DNA from: Schleiferiaceae bacterium | GTDB lineage: Bacteria > Bacteroidota > Bacteroidia > Flavobacteriales > Schleiferiaceae | Assembly: GCA_031581125.1 (NCBI GenBank) | Contig: JAVLBR010000001.1 | Location: forward strand, 25,974-89,973 | Reading direction: 5' to 3' | Length of the DNA stretch: 64,000 bases | Part shown: positions 1 to 8,669 of the stretch, piece by piece | Layout of the letters: each line of letters starts with the position of its first letter | Position numbering within the stretch: the stretch's first letter is position 1 | Notes under the pieces: model-generated | Databases searched by the model: none | What the model was told of the DNA's origin: nothing | Seen by the model: the letters and a program-made list of their open reading frames with translations, nothing else | Program-made: the position numbers and the translations under genes

Positions 1-1355
1 AAGTTGAAAAAGATAGACACCAGGTCGTAGGTATTGGCATAATCGATGGCCGGTGTCCCGGGCATGTGCTGGGTGAAGTCAAAAGTGAGCGTTTCCCAGG
101 CATTGGCCATGGTGGTGGTATCCTCGGTTTCCACGCTGATGTTGGGGTCGCTGGCATCTTCCACCTTGAGGCGAATAGGCGTTCCCGCGGCGGGCGAATA
201 CACCCGCACGCTTATCACGTTGGCCGAAGCGGAAAAGGGAATGGCACTGGCCAGACCACTACCTCCCATGGTAGTACCGGCCCAGGTCATGGCGCTGGCG
301 CCCTTGTCGGCTTGCATCACCATATTGCTTCCACCGGCGGGATCGGTTACGATGGTATCGCTATTACCGCCAAAGCTCACTAAGTCGTAATTTACATTGG
401 TGCTGTCAAAGCGAATGGGCAGGTCTACTTGCACCATGGTGCCCCCTCCGCCGCCACCGCCACCGGCGCTGGTGCCAAAGGTGAGGTCATCACAGTAGTA
501 AGTTTGGGTACCCGCGGTGGCGCCGTCGGTACCAAAGTTGAAGAAGATAGACACCTTATCGTAGGTATTGGCGTAGTTGATGGCCGCCGTACCGGGGGCT
601 TCATTGGAAAAATCGAAGGTGAGGGTTTCCCAGGCGTTGGCCATGCTGGTGGTGTCTTCCGTCTCTACACTGATGGTAGGGTCACTGGCATCTTCCGCTT
701 TCAGGCGGATGGGGGTGCCTGCGGCGGGCGAGTACACCCGGATAGACATTTTATGGGCATTGGCGGTAAAGGGAATCGCCGAGGACAGTCCGGCATCCCC
801 CAGGGTAGTCCCGGCCCAGGTTTGGGCGGTAGAGTCTTTTACGGCTTCTACCACCATATTGGTTCCACCGGCAGGATCCGCCACTATGCTGTGGGAATTG
901 CCCCCGAAGCTTACCAGGTTGTAATTGACATTAGACTGGTCAAAGTCTACCGGCAGGCTGGGCGGCATCTTACAGGTGGCGCCGCACTGGTTCCAGCACA
1001 CTTGCGGCAGGGTAGTGTCCCCGCTTTTGGTGAGATACCGGTTGGTAAAGCCATTGGCGGTAAAAGTACAGGGCATACCGGGGCTGAAATTTTCTTGGGA
1101 GGCCCAGTCGTCCATGGTAAACTTGTACTCGATGGTATCGGCCGCTATGGCTATGGTGGCTGTGTACACCGTATCTCCATCGGGGTCTGCCATCGCATCA
1201 CAGTTGCCACACCAGTTGTTAAAAGTGCCACTTACATAAGCAGTGGTAAAAGAGCCGCTATACTGGCTCAGGTCCACGGTGAAGGTCACCGAATCGGTTT
1301 GGCCCATGCTGGTAAAAAAGGCCAACAAGGCCGTGAGAAGGGTAAATTTTTTCAT
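1..1355 (-). CDS. Secreted multi-module carbohydrate-binding protein (start complete, 3' end runs off the window): CBM20/48-like N-terminal module plus at least two tandem ~178-aa CBM-like beta-sandwich modules
   Basis: Absent from the supplied ORF track because it is open to the window edge. The reverse complement from the ATG at 1355-1353 reads MKKFTLLTALLAFFTSMGQTDSVTFTVDLS..YVSGTFNNWCGNCDAMADPDGD..IEYKFTMDDW. That is a signal peptide followed by a glycogen/starch-binding-module-like motif. Two paralogous modules follow (VNYNLVSFGGNSHSIVADPAGGTNMV..IRLKAEDASDPTISVETEDTTSMANAWETLTFDF and VNYDLVSFGGNSDTIVTDPAGGSNMV..IRLKVEDASDPNISVETEDTTTMANAWETLTFDF), joined by a Gly8 linker. There is no stop in this frame down to position 1. 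The plus-strand ORFs 46..390, 429..1448 and 577..924 are antisense shadows. Confidence 0.75.
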   Translation of the reverse strand, partial: MKKFTLLTALLAFFTSMGQTDSVTFTVDLSQYSGSFTTAYVSGTFNNWCGNCDAMADPDGDTVYTATIAIAADTIEYKFTMDDWASQENFSPGMPCTFTANGFTNRYLTKSGDTTLPQVCWNQCGATCKMPPSLPVDFDQSNVNYNLVSFGGNSHSIVADPAGGTNMVVEAVKDSTAQTWAGTTLGDAGLSSAIPFTANAHKMSIRVYSPAAGTPIRLKAEDASDPTISVETEDTTSMANAWETLTFDFSNEAPGTAAINYANTYDKVSIFFNFGTDGATAGTQTYYCDDLTFGTSAGGGGGGGGTMVQVDLPIRFDSTNVNYDLVSFGGNSDTIVTDPAGGSNMVMQADKGASAMTWAGTTMGGSGLASAIPFSASANVISVRVYSPAAGTPIRLKVEDASDPNISVETEDTTTMANAWETLTFDFTQHMPGTPAIDYANTYDLVSIFFN

Positions 1356-1446
1356 GGTATTCGCGTTTTATTTGGGTCGAAAGTAAGGCTTTTAGTCATT
1401 GCCACTATAAGCCACAGCCCCCGCCAGGCCGCCAAAAGTGTCATTT

Positions 1447-1483
1447 GAACGATTTACCCACCCATCTTGCACGATTTACCCGG
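1447..1483 (+). promoter_or_regulatory. Tandem direct repeat (gaacgatttaccc / gcacgatttaccc, 22-nt register); candidate operator of the beta-glucan PUL
   Basis: Two copies start at 1447 and 1469, in the divergent intergenic region between the CBM-protein gene and the Nudix regulator gene. The same motif pair with the same 22-nt register recurs at 8582..8618 upstream of the SusC-like gene. Confidence 0.35.
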
Positions 1484-1567
1484 TCTGCCCAATGTTGTCC
1501 AGCAGCCGTTTTAGGCCTTTTCCGGGTCTACGCCCTTTTGGTAAGCATTACAATTAGGGGGAATTTT

Positions 1568-1575
1568 TACATTTG
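1568..1575 (+). promoter_or_regulatory. Bacteroidota-type -7 promoter box TACATTTG
   Basis: Exact match to the TAnnTTTG consensus, 28 nt upstream of the in-frame ATG at 1603. No convincing -33 TTG at canonical spacing. Confidence 0.35.
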
Positions 1576-1602
1576 AACCATGCCCGCTCTAAGCGCCCCG
1601 TC

Positions 1603-2361
1603 ATGGAAGACCCTAAAGAACTAGCCCACAAACCCTTATCACAGGCCGGCACTTTTGCCACCCCCTACTACGAGATTCCCTACGCCCGGTTTTTCCAGTT
1701 TGGGGTGTCCGTAGATTGTGTGGTCTTTGGCTACCATCAAAGCCGGCTCAAAGTACTGCTCATCCTGCGCGGCGCCCCTCCCTTCAAAGGAGAATGGGCC
1801 CTCCCGGGCGATCTGGTGTATCCACAGGAAAACATGGGCCTGGCCGCCACCCGCGTGCTCAAAGACCTTACCGGCCTGGAAAACCTCTACATGGAACAGA
1901 CCCGTACCTACGGCGCCGTGGACCGCCATCCCGCCGGCCGGGTGGTCTCGGTCGGCTATTTTAGCCTGGTAAGCATGGCCCGCCATGACCCCCATGCCTC
2001 CGCCTGGGCCGATGGTGTGTACTGGGTAGATGTAGCGAAGGCCCCCGCCCTGGCCTTTGACCACCAAGAAATCCTGGCCGACGCCGTAAACCGCCTCCGC
2101 CAGCGGGTACGCCACGAGCCCGTGGGCTTTGAGCTCCTGCCCGCCAAATTCACCCTGAGCCAATTGCAGCAACTCTACGAGGCCCTCCTGGGAGCAAGCT
2201 ACGATAAGGCCAATTTTCGCAAACGCATCCTCAGCATGGATCTCCTCATTCCGCTGGGAGAAGTAGAATCCGACGTACCGCACCGCCCGGCACGCCTCTA
2301 TTCCTTTGATACACAACGCTACGAAGCCCTTCGCTCGCGCGGTTTTTCCTTTGAATTATGA
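1603..2361 (+). CDS. Nudix-fold transcriptional regulator (NrtR/AraR-like; degenerate Nudix box plus C-terminal winged helix)
   Basis: The ORF is 1573..2361. I prefer the ATG at 1603 because the -7 box lies at 1568-1575. The Nudix-like segment GEWALPGDLVYPQENMGLAATRVLKDLTGL has lost the catalytic REx2EE glutamates (RVLKDLTG), as in non-catalytic Nudix-related regulators. The C-terminal ~90 aa are typical of the DNA-binding domain of this family. Confidence 0.75.
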   Translation: MEDPKELAHKPLSQAGTFATPYYEIPYARFFQFGVSVDCVVFGYHQSRLKVLLILRGAPPFKGEWALPGDLVYPQENMGLAATRVLKDLTGLENLYMEQTRTYGAVDRHPAGRVVSVGYFSLVSMARHDPHASAWADGVYWVDVAKAPALAFDHQEILADAVNRLRQRVRHEPVGFELLPAKFTLSQLQQLYEALLGASYDKANFRKRILSMDLLIPLGEVESDVPHRPARLYSFDTQRYEALRSRGFSFEL

Positions 2362-2539
2362 GCTACTCCTGCCCGCCATATCCCTGCGGCTCAGGCCCCG
2401 GGCGCCACTTTCCTATTTGGGCCTCCCGGCCAAATGTGCTACCGCCCCAAAAAGCGCGTTTCCCGCTTTTTAAGCCGCCCTTTCCAGCCGGTAGCGCTGG
2501 CCTGCTATCGTTTCATTCCCTACTGCCAAATGCCTAAAC

Positions 2540-4177
2540 ATGGAAAGCACCCCGCTCAATAATCTGGACTTTGCCGTAGTGGCCGCTTACTTCCTGCTGG
2601 TCATGGGCCTGGTGGGCCTCATGCTCTGGCGGGAACGCCGTAAATCTCGGGAAAACGATTCCAGTGGCTACTTCCTGGGCGGGCGCAACATGGGTTGGTT
2701 TGTCATTGGCGCCTCCCTTTTTGCTTCCAATATCGGTTCGGAGCACCTGGTGGGGCTGGCCGGGGCCGGAGCCTCCGGCGATTTTCCCGCCGGGCAGATG
2801 GAGATCCTGGCGGCGCTTATGCTGCTTCTATTGGGCTGGCTCTTTGTGCCTTTTTACCTGCGCAGCGGGGTGTACACCATGCCGGCCTTTTTGGAAAAAC
2901 GCTACAACGCCTGGGCGCGGGCCTATCTCTCCTGGATCAGCATTCTGGGTTATATCCTTACCAAAATATCGGTTACCATCGCCGCCGGTGGCGTAGTCTT
3001 TACCGCCCTGCTGGGCATCGACTTCTGGACCGGGGCCATCATTACCATTCTGGCCACCGGTCTTTACACCGTAGTGGGCGGCCTGAAGGCGGTCCTCTAT
3101 ACCGACTTGCTCCAGCTCTTCGTCCTCCTGGGCGGGGCGCTGGCGGTGTCCTATTACGGATTGGAAGCCCTGGGCGGCTGGGACCAGGTGGCTGCCCGCA
3201 CCAGCCCCGCTTACACCAGCCTCTGGCGCAGCATGAGCGATCCTGATTTCCCCTGGACCGGCATCCTTCTGGGCGCCCCCATCCTAGGGGTGTGGTACTG
3301 GTGCACCGATCAGTTTATCGTCCAGCGCGTACTGGCGGCCAAGAACATCAAAGAAGCCCGCCAGGGAACCATCTTTGCCGGATACCTCAAGCTCTTGCCC
3401 CTTTTCCTCTTTGTGGTGCCCGGCGTGATCGCCTATGCCCTTTCGGTGGGCGAGGATCCCCTCCTGGTTTTTCCGGAAAGAAACGGTGCCCCGCTCTACG
3501 ATGCCGCCCTGCCGCTCATGACTACCCAATTGCTGCCCGCAGGCCTGCGAGGCCTGGTGGCGGCAGGCTTGCTGGCTGCCCTGATGAGCTCCCTCTCCTC
3601 GGTCTTTAATTCCTGCGCCACCCTTTTCACCTTTGACATTTACCAGCGTTACCGGCCACAAGCCTCCGCAGCCCACCTGGTTCAGGTAGGCCGCCTCTCT
3701 ACCGTGATCCTGGTAGGGCTGGGGCTGGCCTGGATCCCCATGCTGGAACTGATCGAAGGCGGTCTGTACCAGAGCTTGCAGAGCATCCAGTCGTACATAG
3801 CGCCCCCCATTGCGGCGGTTTTTTTACTAGGCCTCTTGCTGCCCCGCCTGCATGCCGCCGGCGCGCAGGCCGCTCTGCTTACCGGCGCCTTTCTGGGGCT
3901 GCTGCGCCTGCTTTTAGAAATTTCCGGCCTCCCCCTGCCCGCGGGCCTGCAGTGGTTCGTGGCCATTAACTTCCTCCATTTTGCGCTTTTTCTCTTCCTG
4001 CTTTGCAGTGGGGTTCTCATCGCGGTGAGTTATGCCCTCCCCGCCACGCGGGACGAAACACTTATAAATACGCTAACTTTGGGCAAAGGCCCGCGTAGCC
4101 CCATTACATCTGGCAACGTAGCGCTCAGCATCCTCCTTCTGCTTTGCATCGGGGCGCTATGGTATTTCTTTGCCTAA
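2540..4177 (+). CDS. Sodium:solute symporter family (SGLT-like Na+/sugar cotransporter)
   Basis: 545 aa and polytopic. The N-terminus DFAVVAAYFLLVMGLVG..YFLGGRNMGWFVIGASLFASNIGSEHLVGLAGAG is the SSF signature region. Confidence 0.9.
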   Translation: MESTPLNNLDFAVVAAYFLLVMGLVGLMLWRERRKSRENDSSGYFLGGRNMGWFVIGASLFASNIGSEHLVGLAGAGASGDFPAGQMEILAALMLLLLGWLFVPFYLRSGVYTMPAFLEKRYNAWARAYLSWISILGYILTKISVTIAAGGVVFTALLGIDFWTGAIITILATGLYTVVGGLKAVLYTDLLQLFVLLGGALAVSYYGLEALGGWDQVAARTSPAYTSLWRSMSDPDFPWTGILLGAPILGVWYWCTDQFIVQRVLAAKNIKEARQGTIFAGYLKLLPLFLFVVPGVIAYALSVGEDPLLVFPERNGAPLYDAALPLMTTQLLPAGLRGLVAAGLLAALMSSLSSVFNSCATLFTFDIYQRYRPQASAAHLVQVGRLSTVILVGLGLAWIPMLELIEGGLYQSLQSIQSYIAPPIAAVFLLGLLLPRLHAAGAQAALLTGAFLGLLRLLLEISGLPLPAGLQWFVAINFLHFALFLFLLCSGVLIAVSYALPATRDETLINTLTLGKGPRSPITSGNVALSILLLLCIGALWYFFA

Positions 4178-4243
4178 AAATTTGCGGACCAAAACGTCCT
4201 AGGAAACTAATACAGGTGCGGGGCTGCTTTGCCCCCAGGAAAA

Positions 4244-7200
4244 ATGCTTGTGATAGCAAAACGCATATTTAAAAGAAAAGCCTTCCGGCGGCGGCTCCTA
4301 CATTTGGCCGCAGGCCTGCTCCTGGGCGCTATGAGCCTGCCGGGGCAGGTGTACTTCCACCCCAGCTCGCAACAGCTACCCCAGCAATCGGCCACGGCCC
4401 TGGCGCAAGATAAACTGGGCTTCCTGTGGGTGGGCACCCGCTACGGCCTTCATCGCTACGACGGCTACGCTTTTTACTCAGCCTTTCCGGCCCGGGACTC
4501 GGTGCCGCGGAACAGCGCCAACGTGATATCCAGCCTCCTGGTGGCCCGGGACAGCAATCTCTGGGTGGGCACCAATGGCGGCGGGCTGCGCTTTCTCAAT
4601 TACCAAAGCCTGCGCTACGAGCCCCTGCCCGCCCAAAATGCCGATACCCTGGCGGCGCGCGTGGTGAATGCTCTGGCGCAGGACAGCGGAGGCCATATCT
4701 GGATAGGTACCCAGTACCAGGGCCTCTGGGAGTACCGCCCCGCCGAAAAACGGCTGGTGCCCTGGCTACCGCAAAAACGCCTGGCGGGAAAACCCCTGGC
4801 GGAGCTCCACATTACCGCCCTGGCCCCGGCCGGGAAAAATCGCCTGTGGATAGGCACCTGGTCCAGTGGCCTCCTGCTCTACCACCGGACCACGGGCTCC
4901 CTGCAGCAATTTACCCCGGAAAACAGTCCGGGACTGCGCAGCCCAAACATCCGCGCGCTCCACTATGGGCCCCAGGGGCAGCTGCTGGTAGGCTCCGGGG
5001 CCGGCTTGCTGCGGGCCTATTCCAGCGGGGAGGAGCTCCGCTTTGAAAGGCCCCTGCCCGGGCAGCCGGGCGGCGCTGACTTACAGCAGGCGCGGGTCCT
5101 CTCGCTAGAAAGGAAAGGAGCCCAGGTATGGGCGGGCACGGAGAATGAAGGCCTTTTTGCCCTGGACCTGGCGCAAAAATCCGTAACCCAGTACAAACAC
5201 GAACCGAATGACCCACTGAGCCTTTGCTCCAATTCTATCTGGGCCCTTTTCCGGGACGACCGGGAGGTGCTGTGGATCGGGACTTTTAATCAGGGCCTCT
5301 GTAAAATAGATCCTCAGGAACAAAAGTTTCCTCCGCCCTATCGCAGCAGCCAGGCGGATGGTGGCCTGCGGAGCAATGTGGTGAGTGCCTTTGCGGAAGC
5401 AGGCCCGCAGCAAGTATGGGTGGGCACCGAGGGCGGTGGTCTACACCAGTTTACAGGGGATCAAGGGCGTTTCACCGTGTTCCAGCACGACCCGGCCATA
5501 CCCGCCAGCCTGTCAAGCAATTACGTGGTGTGCCTGGCAAAGGACTACCAGGACCAGCTCTGGGTGGGGACCTGGGAAGGCGGCCTGAACTTAAAGCGGC
5601 CCGGAGACCAGGGGTTCCGGCATTTCAAGCATCAGGAAGACGATCCCAACAGCCCCGCCAATGACGATATTTATACCCTGCATGCTCCGGCCCGGGGCGG
5701 GCTATGGCTGAGCTGCTACCGGGCCGGGGTGGACTTTTATGACGCCCGGCGGGATTCCTTTGTCCATTATTCTACAGAAGCGCCCGCCCACCGCAAGATA
5801 GCTAGCGATATGATAAGGGCCATTACCGAGGATGACGCCGGTTATCTCTGGCTAGGCAGTGAAGCCAAGGGCCTGTTTCGCTTGAAACTGAACGACCGCG
5901 GCGCCATCACCGGGCGGCGCGTGCTCAACCGGAGCAATTCAGACCTGGAAAGCAATTATATCACCAGCATCCGGCAAGACAGCCAGGGCATCTTCTGGAT
6001 TGGTACGGAGGGCGGTGGTCTTTATTACGGAAAAGATCCGGTCCAAAACCTGGCTAAACTTAGCCGCCAGGAGGGCCTTAGTGGCAATATCGTGTATGCC
6101 GTAGAGGAAGCGGGAGATAGCCTTCTTTGGATCAGCACCAACCGGGGCCTGAGCGTATACGACCGGGCCAAGGGCCGCTTCCGTAACCATTTCACTAGCC
6201 CGGATGAGTCGCCCGGATTTTACCGCCCTTCCTCCCTGCTGTCTCAGGAGGGCTTTCTCTATTTTGGCGGGATAAGGGGCTTTTTGCGGTTTGAACCCGA
6301 CCAAATCCCTTTCAATGATGAGCCCCCCCGGGTATATCTGCGCGACTTTAAACTGCAGCGCCCCGAAGACAGCGCTGCTTCCGGCGCTCCCCTGCCGCCT
6401 CAAAACCCCAGCCTGCTAAAAGAAGTAGCGCTCAAGCACTGGCAAAACGACCTGAAATTTGAGCTGACGGCGCTCAACTACAGCGCCAACGGTAAAAACC
6501 GCTATGCCTACCGGCTGGCCCCGCTGGACGATTACCCGCACTACACGGCCAATCCCCAGGAAATCGTTTACAACAACCTCCCTCCCGGGAATTACGAACT
6601 CCAAATAAAGGCCGCTAATAACGACGGGGTGTGGAGCAGCGAAAAGACGGCCTTAAAGCTCCACATAGCCCCGCCCTGGTACCAAACACCCTGGGCCTAC
6701 GCGGGCTACAGCCTGCTGGCCGTGGGCCTGCTCATTCTGGGGCGTTACCACATCATTCGCAACGAGCGGCTCCGCAGCCGCCTGGCCCTGGAACACCAGG
6801 AGCTGGAGCACGCCCAGGAGCTCAACCGCGTACGCGAAAAGTTCTTTACCTACATATCGCACGAGTTTCGTACCCCGCTTACCCTCATCATGGCCCCGCT
6901 GCGGGAAATGCTGGACCAGAACCCGGAAGCTGGCGTGCGCCACAAGCTCACCTTAATGTTGCAAAACGCCAAGCGGCTCTTACTGCTCATCAACCAAATT
7001 CTGGACCTCTCCAAGCTGGAAAATGACCACCTCAAGCTGGAAGCCAGCCGCCAGGACCTGGGCGATTTTCTCAACCAGGTAAGCCAGAGCTTCCGTACCT
7101 ACGCGGATCAGCAAAACATCCTTTTTGACACCCATTTCCCCCGGGCGCCGCTTATGGCCTACTTTGACCACAATAAACTGGAAAAGGTGCTGGTCAATCT

Positions 7201-8410
7201 GCTTTCCAATGCCTTTAAATTCACACCGGCTTATGGCAAGGTTACCCTGCGGCTGGAAAGCGAAGGCCAGCAAGCGCTTATAACGGTTCAGGATACCGGG
7301 CGCGGCATTCCGCAAGAGGAGATCGATCAAATTTTTCAGCGCTATTACCAGGGCAAGCGGGGCAAGCTCAGCCTGGGCACGGGCATAGGCCTCACCCTAA
7401 GCCGCGAGTTGGTAGAGATGCACCACGGAAAATTAGCCGTAAAGAGCCCCCCCACCGGAGGGGCCAGCTTCACGGTACGATTGCCCCTGGGCAAGGGCCA
7501 CCTCCGGCCGGATCAGATCGTACACTACCAAGACGATTGGGCCTTCCGCCGCCCCGAACCGGCCACCGACCCGGCCCTCGATTTTGAAGCGCCGGCCATG
7601 GAAGAGCCGGAAGTGCCCGAGGACGGCCCGGCCCCCGAAAAGCCCGTATTGCTCATCGTAGAAGACAATATGGACCTCCAGGTATTGCTACAGGAGCTCT
7701 TTCAGGATCGCTTCCGCCTTCTACTGGCCAGTGACGGCCAGGAAGGACTGGCCCTGGCCCAGGAAGAGATTCCCGATCTCATTATTTCCGACATCATCAT
7801 GCCCCGAATGGACGGCAACCAGTTTACCGAAGAGATCAAAGCCCAAAAAAACACCAGCCACATCCCCGTGATCCTCCTTACCGCCCGCACCTCCTCTTCC
7901 AGCCAGGCCCGCGGACTGGAAAGCGGCGCCATCTTCTACATCACCAAGCCTTTTGATCCCAACCTGCTCAAGCTCCGCGTCCAAAACATCATGGACAACC
8001 TGCAAGAATACAAGGAAAACATCCGCACCAATAAAGGTATAAAACTGGAGCCCAGCAAGGTGCACCTCCCAGACCCCGATACCGAGTTCCTGCAAAAGGC
8101 CATGGACATTATCAACCAGCACCTGGCCGATCCCCACTTTCAAGTAAGCCACTTAAGCGAAGAACTGCACATGAGCAAGGCCCAGCTCTACCGCAAGATG
8201 AAAGGCCTGCTGGGCTGCTCCACCAATGCCTTTATCCGCATCACCCGGCTCAAACGCGCCGCCCAGCTGCTCCGCCAGGGCCATCTTACCGTAGCCGAAA
8301 CCACCTACCAGGTGGGCTTTAACGACCTGCAGTATTTCCGCAAATGCTTCGTAGAGCAGTACGGCCTTACGCCTTCCGAGTACGCCACCCGCCATCAATC
8401 TTCCCCTTAG
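4244..8410 (+). CDS. Hybrid two-component system regulator (periplasmic beta-propeller/Y_Y_Y sensor, histidine kinase, receiver, AraC-type HTH)
   Basis: The ORF is 4229..8410 (TTG); the ATG at 4244 is more likely. It has an N-terminal TM segment and repeated LWVGT/LWIGT propeller motifs. The H-box is FFTYISHEFRTPLT and the ATPase G-box is GTGIGLTLSRELVEMHHG. The receiver reads LLIVEDNMDL..DLIISDIIMPRMDG. The C-terminal AraC HTH reads ..AETTYQVGFNDLQYFRKCF. Confidence 0.93.
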   Translation: MLVIAKRIFKRKAFRRRLLHLAAGLLLGAMSLPGQVYFHPSSQQLPQQSATALAQDKLGFLWVGTRYGLHRYDGYAFYSAFPARDSVPRNSANVISSLLVARDSNLWVGTNGGGLRFLNYQSLRYEPLPAQNADTLAARVVNALAQDSGGHIWIGTQYQGLWEYRPAEKRLVPWLPQKRLAGKPLAELHITALAPAGKNRLWIGTWSSGLLLYHRTTGSLQQFTPENSPGLRSPNIRALHYGPQGQLLVGSGAGLLRAYSSGEELRFERPLPGQPGGADLQQARVLSLERKGAQVWAGTENEGLFALDLAQKSVTQYKHEPNDPLSLCSNSIWALFRDDREVLWIGTFNQGLCKIDPQEQKFPPPYRSSQADGGLRSNVVSAFAEAGPQQVWVGTEGGGLHQFTGDQGRFTVFQHDPAIPASLSSNYVVCLAKDYQDQLWVGTWEGGLNLKRPGDQGFRHFKHQEDDPNSPANDDIYTLHAPARGGLWLSCYRAGVDFYDARRDSFVHYSTEAPAHRKIASDMIRAITEDDAGYLWLGSEAKGLFRLKLNDRGAITGRRVLNRSNSDLESNYITSIRQDSQGIFWIGTEGGGLYYGKDPVQNLAKLSRQEGLSGNIVYAVEEAGDSLLWISTNRGLSVYDRAKGRFRNHFTSPDESPGFYRPSSLLSQEGFLYFGGIRGFLRFEPDQIPFNDEPPRVYLRDFKLQRPEDSAASGAPLPPQNPSLLKEVALKHWQNDLKFELTALNYSANGKNRYAYRLAPLDDYPHYTANPQEIVYNNLPPGNYELQIKAANNDGVWSSEKTALKLHIAPPWYQTPWAYAGYSLLAVGLLILGRYHIIRNERLRSRLALEHQELEHAQELNRVREKFFTYISHEFRTPLTLIMAPLREMLDQNPEAGVRHKLTLMLQNAKRLLLLINQILDLSKLENDHLKLEASRQDLGDFLNQVSQSFRTYADQQNILFDTHFPRAPLMAYFDHNKLEKVLVNLLSNAFKFTPAYGKVTLRLESEGQQALITVQDTGRGIPQEEIDQIFQRYYQGKRGKLSLGTGIGLTLSRELVEMHHGKLAVKSPPTGGASFTVRLPLGKGHLRPDQIVHYQDDWAFRRPEPATDPALDFEAPAMEEPEVPEDGPAPEKPVLLIVEDNMDLQVLLQELFQDRFRLLLASDGQEGLALAQEEIPDLIISDIIMPRMDGNQFTEEIKAQKNTSHIPVILLTARTSSSSQARGLESGAIFYITKPFDPNLLKLRVQNIMDNLQEYKENIRTNKGIKLEPSKVHLPDPDTEFLQKAMDIINQHLADPHFQVSHLSEELHMSKAQLYRKMKGLLGCSTNAFIRITRLKRAAQLLRQGHLTVAETTYQVGFNDLQYFRKCFVEQYGLTPSEYATRHQSSP

Positions 8411-8581
8411 CGGCGGCGCATGCTCCCTTCATGGGACACCCTAGTGCCCAGCTTGCCTTCTTTTAGCCGGCCTGCCGGCCAAAAGTGTTGCTTTTACACC
8501 TCAAATTTGGGGCCCTAAGTGCCGCCGACCCCACCGGCACCGCCTTCATTTCCTGATAGTTAAATCCTGGTTAAATGAGGT

Positions 8582-8618
8582 GAACGATTCACCCGCCCTA
8601 TTTGAACGATACACCCGC
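8582..8618 (+). promoter_or_regulatory. Tandem direct repeat (gaacgattcacccgc / gaacgatacacccgc, 22-nt register); candidate operator upstream of the susC-like gene
   Basis: Copies start at 8582 and 8604, about 50 nt upstream of the ATG at 8670. Paralogous to the pair at 1447..1483. Confidence 0.35.
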
Positions 8619-8669
8619 TATAGGCAAGGATAAATTAGGGCTATGTTCGCTCTCAAATGTTCAGCCATC

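Noticed and set aside
429-1448. A 339-aa plus-strand ORF (with 46..390, 66..383, 577..924 and 925..1239) at the left edge
   Set aside because: These are antisense or alternative frames of the well-supported minus-strand multi-CBM gene. Their translations are Gly/Val/His/Arg-rich low-complexity sequence with no motifs.
4300-4316. Copies of the GGCC..GGCCAAATGTG-type word inside signal-peptide-coding regions (4300, 15401, 28953, 45092) as hidden promoters or mis-called starts
   Set aside because: Moving the starts downstream would delete the required signal or TM segments. Part of the coding occurrences may reflect Leu-Ala-Gly-Gln codons (TTG GCC GGC CAA) common at Bacteroidota signal-peptide cleavage regions. 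They are therefore counted cautiously in the motif finding.
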